From positions 1-55,938 of the forward strand of contig CAJNYD010000045.1 in assembly GCA_905331295.1 (NCBI GenBank): a stretch of DNA of 55,938 nucleotides. Direction: 5' to 3'. The number at the start of each line of letters is the position of its first letter. The stretch's first letter is position 1. The notes below the pieces were generated by a model that did not search any database, was not told the origin of the DNA, and saw nothing but the letters and a program-made list of their open reading frames with translations. This stretch comes from Rotaria socialis. Taxonomy: Eukaryota. Below are positions 24,516 through 35,563 of this stretch, in pieces. A program made the translations under genes and the position numbers.

Positions 24516-26389
24516 AAAAAAATAGGTGTATTGATATACATATTCTTTTTTTTTCTCGGATCAGATATTACATTTTTTTTTCTGTTGATATGAAAAAAAA
24601 TTAGCATATGTTTTTGTTTTTGTTTTCTTCCAAGAAGCTGATGAAAAAAAATGGCGTGCTAAAAATAATTGTTTTTGTTTTGTACATAGATTTTTTTCAA
24701 GAGAAACAAATCATTTTTTGTTTGAGCAGTAGTTTGTTTTGTGTTTTTTTTTTGGTGCTTGAACATTCCTTATAGCTGTTATCTGTTACTTCATCTTCTG
24801 ATAAATTCCAGAACGCATATCTGTAATGAATGACAGTGTGTCTGTATGTATCAATTTTTTTTCTTTTTTTTTTGAAAGATTCTATCAGTAACATCACATT
24901 CTTTGTGTTCTGCTTGTTTTTTGTTTTTGATTTTGCTGTTTTCTTTTTAGTCCGTTTTCTTATTCATTTGATTGAAAAAAAGAGATGTGTGAATTATAGA
25001 TCTATCGATTTTCTCTCAAAAATATAGCAACAATCGCTGATTATAATTATTCAATTTGTAGCTATGTGTGTATGAAATTCTTCTTTTTAATAATATTTAT
25101 CTGTCGTTTTCAAAGGCATTTCTGATGCTTTGTTTCTTCTTCTTTGTTTTCTCTTCGCGTTTTACAATCTTTTTTCCTTTAAAATATTGAATAATAATAG
25201 AAAGAAAAACATTTAAAATGATCACTCATGCTTTTTATTTATTATGATTGACCGATAACAATAGCTGCTGCAAAAAATATTCTAGTGAGAATGTGTGATT
25301 AAATAGAGTGATACATTTCAAAGAAGTGTTTATTTCGGATGTCAATATTCACACTAGTTCAACAAATTTTATTTAATAGAAATTTATCTGGTTGATTTAT
25401 TTCTCTTTGATTCGGTGATAATTGTCATAGATCTGTGTATGAATGAGAATTCAGACTTTTCATTTTCGAATAATACCTCATGCAATCATATATACCGTGA
25501 ATTTGTTAAAAATTCACTGTTTACATAGGTCTTGGTACTGTCTAGGTCAGACTATCAACTGTATAAAAATGTATAATTGCCTTGCTGAAGCTGAGGTGCG
25601 CTTTTTTTCTAGCTAATCATAAGTCTCTTATGTTGAATATGCGAGAATTCTTCATTTACCAATGATAGTGCGCATTAAATATGGTCAACAACAAAGATTC
25701 TTCGAGAAATTTTTAGGACTAAAACAGCTGTTATATACTGTGCAATCTAATTTCATCTAAGCAATATATAAATAATTGCTATCTTTCATTTTTTTTTATC
25801 TTGGCGACCCTACCAACGAATATTGAGAGAATATTAGTGATCGGTATCTTAGATAATTTTTCCAAGAAGCTATAGTTGAATAAAAATTTGTCGAGTGAAT
25901 ATTTTGAATTCGTATTACAGCAGCTACATTGATCCGAATTTTTAAGGTTAATTATATACAATACATTTGATTATATAAAAATGTTTCATTCTTAATCTCA
26001 TTAATAGATTTATATGCAATGTAGCTAATGCTAAATATTTACATTCAGGCTTGACTCAAATCTATTTTTTTCACATCGATATTATGTACAAATCATCATA
26101 GTAAATGAAATAAACGAATATTTTCTTTATACAATCAATGATTCTATGGATAAGTTAGTAAAAAAAAGACGAATCTAGATTCTATTTAATCAACACTTCA
26201 GTATCTACGTGAGAAGTGGTAATAGATGAATATTTTCTTCGAAAAATTTAATAATTGTGAAAATAGATCTAATAACGAAAAAGCTTTTTGCCAGCATCAT
26301 TAAAGAATTCTTGTTTTTTTTTATTATAAAATATTGACATGTTATATTAAAAAGAAAATATCCCATAGACAGAAAAAGTAAATAAGCTT

Positions 26390-27765
26390 TCATTTGATCC
26401 AAGTAAAAATCAGCATCACACGCGAAATTAATATAGTTAATGTTAAAAAGAAATCTTTTAAAAAAAAATTCTATCTAAATTTCTACTCTGCTTACGTAGA
26501 TGTCGAATAAATAATTCGCTAGACATTTAAAAAGGAACAAGAATGAGTTAAATTACAAAAGAAACAAAGAAGTAGATGATGTTGCTTTGCAAGAATGATT
26601 ATTAATCAACGCAAAAAATTGAACACGATGATTCCAACCTTCGCTTACATATACGTTTCCTTGGCTGTCAAATGCCAAATCAGTTGGACGATAAAATTGA
26701 TTACTTTCACTACCTTGTCCTATGATAGAAAAACGTTCGAACCAAACTTTATATTATTCACTATTAGCTTTAGCTCAATGAAAACAGCTCATATTTCAAT
26801 AGTTTTTTTTAACCAATACTTCCAATAGAATCAGTTGAAATAAAACAATCTCTACATATCATTACCACCGGCAATAGTGTCACCTTCGTTTTCACCATGT
26901 TTCCATCGTTGAGTTTGATGGTTTAATAGATCAACTACATAAAAAATTTTAGTTTCTTCATCAACACGTAAACCATAGGGGCTATCTAATGATTTAGCAT
27001 CCGACCCTGGATCACCATCACTCGATCCAGCTACACTCACATCTTCTTCAGCATCTTTTGGCCATTTTTGTACTCGGTGATTTATTAGATCAGTCATATA
27101 AACGGTCTGTGTAGTTGAATCTGCATAGATACCTTGACGCTCATTAAGATGATCTGCTCGTGGTCCTTTCTGACCTGTTTCACCAGCTACTATTGAAGTC
27201 AAATTAGTTTTAGACGACCATTTTAGAATACGATATCGGTCATGTTCTGACATATAAATATTTTTTTTCTTTATCTAACTATACTCCCGTGCAACCTAGA
27301 CACGGATCACCAATCTGAATACCGCTTTTGGTATTTTTAACCCATTTTCGCACCCGATTAGCACCATTCATTGCTATGCAAGTAGTCGGAAAATCATTAT
27401 CATCATCATTATCAACATAGATTTTTTAACCATGTGACAATTGAGAAAATAAAGTAGTACCTGTTGTAGTTGATCGATCAAGTGGAAATATTTTAATACG
27501 ATTATTAAACGTATCCGATACATACAATCGTTTTGTTTTATCACGAATGAAAATGTTTTGAGGAAAAGAAAGTTGTCGAGCACTATTGCCAGGGACGCCT
27601 GTACCGGCAATGGTTACACCAGTTGTATTCCATATTGCACAAGGGCTAATTTTAATTGGTACTGATGAAGACACACAACACCAAAGTACAACTTAAATGG
27701 ACAGACGTTTCAAAGAAGGTTACTTTTAACTTTGACTTGCCAACGGCAGTCAATAAAGTATGCAT
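26390..27765 (-). pseudogene. Secreted NHL-repeat (beta-propeller) protein pseudogene
   Basis: Signal peptide MHTLLTAVVVLWCCVSS, joined via a GC-AG intron at 27740-27692. NHL repeats: LSFPQNIFI…LYVSDTFNNRI, VYMTDLINHRVQKW, FYRPTDLAFDSQGNVYVSEGWNHRVQFF (exon from 26719). Lesions: TAA 27426-27428, TAG 27279-27281, +1 frameshift in the A8 run at ~27265, and donor GT>AT at 26859. The hydrophobic last exon is tentative. Confidence 0.85.
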
Positions 27766-28347
27766 CTTTGGTAATGAGTAGATGGAAAACAAAATGGATA
27801 ATACAAACTTGTACGATAAAATGACGAACGAAAAAGATAAGTTATCAAACAAAGTGCAGTTCTAAATATTACATGTAAAATTTATTATCGAATACGTATG
27901 ACACGAGTTCTGTTTTATAATGCTTCTCTTTTTGGCAAATAAATAGTCATCAACTTTTACTTCATGACCATGACTGAAGCTCGAATTAACAGTTCATTGA
28001 TGCTACGTAGAATTTTTACTAGAGATCTATCAATGTGTGATGAAAATCTAGTCAGTAGCAATAGAACAATAATGAATTGACCATGCCAATGAAAACATAC
28101 AAAACTAGATGTAACGATCTAGGAAATGAATTGATAGCTCGAGAAGCATAACATATTATGCCCTAGAGTGTCATGTAATTGATAGTGTTGACTTCATGAT
28201 TGAAACATTGATTCGCAGCGTACTCTATGAGGGGAGAAAAAAATCAATTTGTTTGTTGTCCTGAGTGACATTGTTATAATGGCAAACATCAATTTAAAAA
28301 AATTCAGATAAGAAAAGTTGTTTTACATTACACTTCAAAACACAATC

Positions 28348-30136
28348 ATGGGAACAACAAAAAATGATATGGAGCGTGTTGGCCTGTTCAAGGAAATGGA
28401 ATATGTTAGCATTAAAGATCCATATAAAGAATCTGCTAAATGTAAGTGATTATTTACGTGATCTTGAGCATATTTATATTAAATTTGATGGGTTTCTTTT
28501 TTTAAGTCGCTTTTAATGAAGCCGCAAACAAGAATAAACAAATGATGAGTAAAAGCTCGAAAGAACGATCGACAGGATCTATGGCTGGATATTTTGATAA
28601 AGATTATAAAATTTTACCCGCTTCATATGTCGATCCTGTATCATTACGACGTAAAGCTCGTCTTGAAGAAAAGAAGAAAAATATTGTTACAAAACCATTT
28701 GTTAGCATGTATCGAGCCAGAAGTCCGTACGTGAAATAATTAAATAAAATAGATATTTTCAGATACTGAACATGAGACATGCAAAAAGACGGCACTAACT
28801 CAGGCTGATCTTATATGAATCAATTGCGAATATAATCATTAGTCCTGGTAGTTCAAACTATGCAGTAGTTGCAATAGCCGATCATACAAATTTTATTTTA
28901 AATCTCTTTTTTCCTCCCCTTAATGGTAATCAGTATGAACAATTCTATTGGTGATTTTGCATTGAATGAATGTTTTCCGGTATCAATTTCAGGAAGATAA
29001 TATTTCTAAATTCGAGATAAGCGTCTTTATGAGAGTATTTTGGTCATGAAATCGATCTTGGAAAACATTCTATTGGTTCAAATCATTTGTTTTACGAATG
29101 CTTTATGTTAAGTTCAGTAACGGAAAAAAATTGAAATGAAATATTTTATGATCCATATGCGTTGATGTTACAGTCAAGTCAGTTATTGTCGTTATTGCAT
29201 TCTCATTTTCAAACTGCAATGTTTCGATTTAAAAAAAAGACTTTATTTCTTATTTGTTTCAGAGAAGGATTAGGTTCATTTTTTGGAACGATAGGTGGCC
29301 CTGTAAAGGATACGGACCCAACAAAATCTAAATATCGTGAGAAAACGAAACCACCATCTGAAAAATCAAACTTCAAAGTTAATCCACCCAAAAAAGGAAC
29401 CGGCTTTGGGTATGTTATTTTAAAATCTTATTGAATACCATTGAGTTTCTTCTTGCTTTTTGTTTTAGTTATCCAAACTTAGGTATTGATAAAGATCCTC
29501 CATATATATACAAAGATAAAGTAGATAAATATGATTCACCAATAGAAGCTCAACAAGTAGAATCGAAATTTTCCAATATAATTTCTTAAGCATCTCTTTG
29601 ATTATTAGAAAGAAAGTGCGCAACATAAGGCATCATTGAAAGCCGGTGTATTTAAATTGAATATGCATCCGAAAGACTTTTTTGATCGTAATCCATTTCA
29701 CGAAGAGGGTAAAGGTGGAAAAGGTGGTAACGGAGATAAAGAACGTTCGCAATCGGCACCAAGCGATAACAAAGTATTTAAATATAGTTCACCTGGCAAA
29801 TGGGTTCGTTGAAAACTACTTGTTAAAAAACAAAAAACACATTTCAATTTTATTCTTTAGCTTGGTGGAAATAAAGATGGTTGTTTCGATAAATTTCCTA
29901 AACGTAGCGAAAAAGATCCATTCGTCATTGGCACAATCTATTCTCCAGTTAAAAATGTAGTTAATAAACAAGGAAAAACCTATTATCCAAATAGATTTCC
30001 TAAAACACGTCCAAATGATTCAATCATAAGTAAAAATGTTACTCTACAAATTACTCGAGAAAATTACAAACAAGCGTTAACAAGTTATTCCGGATTTAAA
30101 GTGCCACCACCCCGATTGAATGCTTCCGCTAATTAG
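28348..30136 (+). CDS. CFAP96: Cilia- and flagella-associated protein 96 (C4orf47/UPF0602), copy 1; 6 exons
   Basis: KNDMERVGLFKEMEY, FNEAANKNKQMM, AGYFD, GLGSFFGTIGGPV, NPPKKGTGFGYPN and FKLNMHPKDFFD match the C4orf47 family. Stop TAG at 30134-30136. Confidence 0.9.
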
Positions 30137-31385
30137 AAAGTGCATACATTTCCGAGTGTCTTTTTTTAAAAATTTTTCTGCACGGTTTCTTTTAATAATT
30201 TTTTTACATACATACAAATGTCAAATATATGTGCTGAAGCTGTTATCACTCTTTAAGAAGAAAAAAGTAGTCGGATGAAATCTTCAGCGCATGTTTTTTC
30301 GAGAACACACCCAGACTCACACCTTCATGAAAAAATTCGTTTTGTCTTTTTTCCCCCCGGATATTATGTAGGAAGATGAAACTATTGCAAATAATTTCTT
30401 TAAAATACGAAGAAATTTACGGAAAAAAGTCACCGAGTTTTATACAATTTGATCGAATAAATGCTCTGCATCAAGATGTGAGACGATTATCACCGAAATA
30501 GTTGGTTTTAAATGATAAATGTTGAATACTTTTATTTGAATTTCGTTTTAAAATCAAAACTGATTTTTTTTTCTCATGAAATTAAATGTAAAGATAATGA
30601 ATTTTAAGATAATTTTGCTTTGTAAAATAGCAGACAAACAATGCGATTTGGAGTCTTTTCTTTCAACTGCTCCTGTTGTCGAGTAATTAAGATTACTTCA
30701 ATACATCATTCTCATTCTGACAGCAACATTATTTTTCAGTAAACAATTTGTTATTTCAAACAGATTTTATTGATTCATATTTTCTACAATTATCAAGTTT
30801 TAAAATTATCCAGAAACTACGTATTTGTTTTTGCTTATTTACAACTTCCTATTTCAATACTATTCGCATAGATAAAATTATACTCATAGTTGAACTTTTT
30901 CTTTTTTTTCTATTCTAATCGGATTCGAACTAAAGATAATCTAGTTTATATAATCATACTGAATGTATGCTTACGTTGGTTGTATGACATCATGACGCAA
31001 CTATCTATTATTCATAAATGCATGAAACATAATACTCTATCACGTCAGATGAAAAACGAACTGCTTGAGTCTTTGTTTAAAGGCCGTATTTTGTCTCTGT
31101 ACAGATTTATTTTTAGTACAGCTTTCTATTCGAAAAAATTCACCAATAGAGAACAAATTGAAAATTATTCTAGAGAACATCATGCTTCATGTGATACTCA
31201 CCTGAAAACACTTTCGTTTACATTTGCTATATTTAACTTATTGAAACATAGAAGCAACAAAACTATAAAATATCATGTGAAATTAGCTCACATACATTAA
31301 TGTTCTTTTTTTTTATTCTAATAAATATATGAATGCATAGGTTTTTAGCCTTTTAAACAAGAATTAAAGAAAACTACATGAACAT

Positions 31386-32477
31386 CTATTTTCGATCAGT
31401 ATTATGAAGTTTTTGCTGTTGTAAAACTACTTCAATATCCTATAAGAAAACTGCAAATAGTTATCATTATATAGAACGCAAAAATCTTACTTTATGAAGA
31501 ATTTCTTTTAAATCTTTATAAGCAACATCAAGTTTATCATTTAATACAATATGATCATAAACACCTGGTTCTTTACTGAATTCCATTGATTCTTTTGATT
31601 CTTGTAAACGCTTTTGAATAGCACTTTCACTATCTGTTTTACGCGCACGTAAACGTTGCTCGAGAATTTCATAACTTGGTGGACTTATATAGATGAATAA
31701 TGGATGAAGATCTGTTTTTCGAATACTTTTAACACCTTGTTTGTCAACATCAAGTACACATATACGACCTGTTTTTGCCACATCTTCAACAGCGTTTTTA
31801 CTAAACAAAAAACAAAAATAAGGAAAATTTATTTCAGCAGCGATGAAAATTTTCAGCTCTTATCTATATTTTTTAGAAATATTGATAAAAGAAAACTGAT
31901 CAATAAATAGGATGAAGAAAGAAATACCACTTTGAAATATTCTGAAGACTTTCTCATACTAACCTTGTACCATAGAGATTCGAGGAGAATTCTGTTATTT
32001 CAAGAAATTCACGCTGTGCAATCATTTTTTCCATTTGATGTCGGGGTACAAAATAATATTCTATTCATCAAATAGAAAGACTACGAAATAGAACAACAAA
32101 TAAAACAATGTATTGGCTACCGCGAGCATTTTGTTCGCCAGGTCGAGCTGTTCGTGTAGTATCTAAATAACAGCGAGTAAATATTTACTAAAGATCGATT
32201 ATAGGCATACGGGAAACACTGAAAGCAAATGCTGTTGGATATTCTTTGAATAGTTGATTGATTAGTGTACTTTTACCAGACCTAAAAAAAAGATTTTTTT
32301 CGACTAATAAATAATAAATATTAAATTAGAATTTTACCCACTGGGTCCTGATACGACAATAGGACGAGGTCTGAATGCAGCTAACTTAGCAAAAGTTCGA
32401 ATCCATATTCTAAATAGAAAAAAAACGATAATATTAATGGCAACATTGAAGTTATTTTACCGGAAATAATTATTCAT
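31386..32477 (-). CDS. GUK1: Guanylate kinase, copy 1 (Arg-rich N-terminal extension); multi-exon
   Basis: RPIVVSGPSGSGKSTL P-loop, FSVS.TTRTARPGEQN, YYFV, EFLE..EFSSNLYGTS, ICVLDVDKQGV, IYISPPSYEILEQRLRAR. Ends DIEVVLQQQKLHNTDRK*. Confidence 0.95.
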
Positions 32478-32874
32478 GACAGCAAAATTCTTAGGGTGAT
32501 TTTTTAAATTAATTTCAAAGGTAAATTGTAAGAATGTTCTTTCTTTTTGCCAAAAAACCTAAGCAACTTGTTTCATAGACGGTTTTATGTGTCTTTGATC
32601 ATGAACCGAAAGAGGACTCTACATTCTGTGAAAGATGGATATTGAGTCTAGCGGCGCTCTGATTGTTTTTGCTATTCTTTGCGCGTGTACACATTGAGAA
32701 GAACGAATAAATATTGCGAGCTGTCAATCTTTATAGATGTAGTTCTCTTGGCAAATTAAGATAATTTAACTGATTAAATGGTGATAAATAATTTCTGTAA
32801 GAGAATGTGTTTGCATTTGTTTTGCCTGCGAAAGAAAATATCCCTTTAATTAAGAGTTCTATTGATGAACCTAT

Positions 32875-33233
32875 CGACTGGACAACTAGAAAAATGTTCA
32901 CTACGAATTTCGAATACAAAATATCCAATGGACGTATGTGATATTTATTTATTATTGCCATGAAATGCTTTTCTTGACAAAAATCCTATTGCTTCTTGAA
33001 TTGCACTCACTATAATCACTAGATGTTTGAAAATATCCATATGCATATTTCATCTAGCAGGAATGTAGGAATCTCACTTCGCTTGATGTCTCTCGCTCTT
33101 CGATACTAAGAANAAGCAATAGGATTTTTGTCAAGAAAAGCATTTCATGGCAATAATAAATAAATATCACATACGTCCATTGGATATTTTGTATTCGAAA
33201 TTCGTAGTGAACATTTTTCTAGTTGTCCAGTCG
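32875..33233. repeat. Perfect 120-bp inverted repeat (32875-32994 / 33114-33233) with a single N at 33113
   Basis: The arms are exact reverse complements, which explains the twin MAIINKYHIRPLD… ORFs on opposite strands. The right arm starts immediately after an N. Confidence 0.9.
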
Positions 33234-33313
33234 TATAATAATCGTGATCTTGAATTGAGTCAACTGCGATCTACTGTAAGTAACATCTTCGAGAAGAAAT
33301 TTTTCATATTTAG

Positions 33314-34272
33314 CTTTCCTCAGATTAATAATGAATACTATGAATTATGATAATGTAATCAAATCAATGAATATATTCAAAAAATTAAATATAAATTAAT
33401 CCATAATCTTCAAGAGTTATTTCGAAGTATATTTCCATGCGAGTGAAACTGATATTAGCATTTTGTTTTTCTATTAATATTCTCATTCGTATACAGATGC
33501 CGGTTTGTACATCCTCGGATCAACAGTAAATGGATTTGGACACTGTCATAGTGAACTTGATATTTGTTTAATGATATCACATGATAAAGTAATTCGAATT
33601 CAGATTTCAATGTTTTTTCTCTCTCTCGATATCTTGTATTAGTTAACTGAATTCGAGTCAAGTTATATCCTACAGAAATTTCGTGATATTTTTCAGTATG
33701 TACGTACAATTCTAATTTATTATCAGTTTTCATTGTTCTATTTTTAATTAAGAATACTTTCGAAATGTAAAGTTAGTTAAATAAATGATGCATCCAATAC
33801 GTAAATTTCTCGATGCTTCCACAGATCTATTAAATGCAATAAATATCAAAACGAAACTGTTACTATTCGAAATACATTTCTAATGAGATTTTATTCAGAA
33901 TGTGATCATCGATTACCAATACTTATGAATACTGTTAGATTAGTTTGAAAAATTATTTGTGTAATAAAATCTTATATGTAGATATTCATAAATTGAATTT
34001 ATCTAATACGATTGATCTACCAAAAATATGGGTTTGAAAAAATGTGACTCTTGAAGTAGAAGATTTATTTATTGGTTTTCTAAAATTTTATGCTATTGAA
34101 TTTGAGTAAATTTAATACATTTGTTAGCAAGATACTGGGATGGAAAGCAATTTCTTTTAATTGAATTTAGTTTTCCAAATAATATGATCATTATATGAAC
34201 TGGAAGAAAAATGAATAAAAGGAGAATCAATAAATGAAATCGATTACATCAATCGATATCTTGTCATTGAAG
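33314..34272 (+). pseudogene. GLD-2/TENT2-type non-canonical (cytoplasmic) poly(A) polymerase pseudogene
   Basis: Colinear motifs: …LQELFRSIFP; exon 33497-33588 AGLYILGSTVNGFGHCHSELDICLMIS (GS-x-NGFG…SDxD motif); VKLVK*MMHPIRKFLD…INI/NETVTIRNTFLMRFYSECDHRLPIL; EDLFIGFLKFYAIEFD…WDG; RYLVIE. Multiple stops and frameshifts. Remnants may extend from ~32740 to ~34670. Confidence 0.85.
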
Positions 34273-34787
34273 GTAAGATTGAATCTTAAAGTTTCGAAAT
34301 GAGAGACCGATATCCATCGTATACGTAAATAAAAATTCACGCATCAATAACTGTAATTATTTAGTAAGAAGCTCGAAATATGTTTATTACCATACATTCA
34401 CCAATCGGTTCCATACTAATCGACTTTTTAAATAACTGCTTGTTGTAATGATGTTCGACTTCAATAATATTGATAAAATTTCACAAAGTTCCCCTAATAA
34501 GAATCGTTGCATATTACCAAGAGATGAATACGAAACTCATGAGTCATGACAATTCCTATGTTCTTCAGTAGTCAAGATACGAAATCTATCGCGAAATTTT
34601 AGAAATACTTCGTAATGCTTCCAACAAAATATCATCAACACGTCGTCTTAGTTCTGTAGAAACTAAATAATAATTTAGTTTTTGTTTTTATTCGTTTCTT
34701 TATACAATAAACAAACCGAGAGACGAACAATCAGATGAAACAGTACACAAAACAAAGCAAAAAACAAGACAAGATTATAAATAATTA

Positions 34788-35334
34788 CTAACCAGAGCAT
34801 CCACGACATCCACAATGAACGCATTCAACAACTTTGCCTTCTTCTAATTTTCCTTTTGGTACACGACAGATACATTTTTTATTGAAATTTGTATCACGTG
34901 GTTGAATGCATTGAAGACAACAAAGATTTTCATAACCTTGTTTTTTCCATTGTGCTAAAGGAGAAAAAAATACACAGTAAAAGCATTCTTCTACATATTA
35001 AATCATTATTTTACCAATTAAATTTTTATCACCAAGTGATTGTTTTAAACAATAATCATATAATTCTTTACTTATTGTCTTACGTTTATAGTAAAGATCA
35101 TAGATAAAACGTGATTTTTGATGATGAATTTTAAATATAGGCCATAATGTTTCAACTTTACGTTTACCTTCATGTGGTGCTAATTCAGCTTCACGCATCT
35201 TTGCTTCTATTTCATCTAATGTTGGTTCAATTAAATCCCTAAAGATTCGATTTTCAACAAATGCGTTACTATATCACAATAAAAACTTACCATCCATCTG
35301 GTGGTGGTTTTGAAGTTTTTCGTACTTTAACCAT
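34788..35334 (-). CDS. BUD31: Protein BUD31 homolog (G10), spliceosomal; 3 exons
   Basis: Exons 35334-35291, 35238-35015 and 34954-34788 give [22 protein letters not shown]…[20 protein letters not shown]…[22 protein letters not shown]…CICRVPK…[12 protein letters not shown]. Confidence 0.98.
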
Positions 35335-35563
35335 TATGCAGATAATCTACAAGATAATTGTATAATTATAACTCTGTTTTAATTATCAAATTTTCTGTTC
35401 TTTTTGATACTCTCGAAAGAAAAAAACGATTCTACTCCGTTCCTGGCAAGCAATACAATTGAGATATGAAGAACAAAAAACACACGCACACACACACACA
35501 CACATATACAGAGAAAAAGGGATAGCGTAGTAATCAAAATTATTGTCAAAAGAATTGATTTTG

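Noticed and set aside
30137..31385. Search for a PDRG1 remnant in duplicate copy 1, and ORF 30890-31300
   Set aside because: No PDRG1-like peptide found by eye, and the ORF has no recognisable motifs or splice support.
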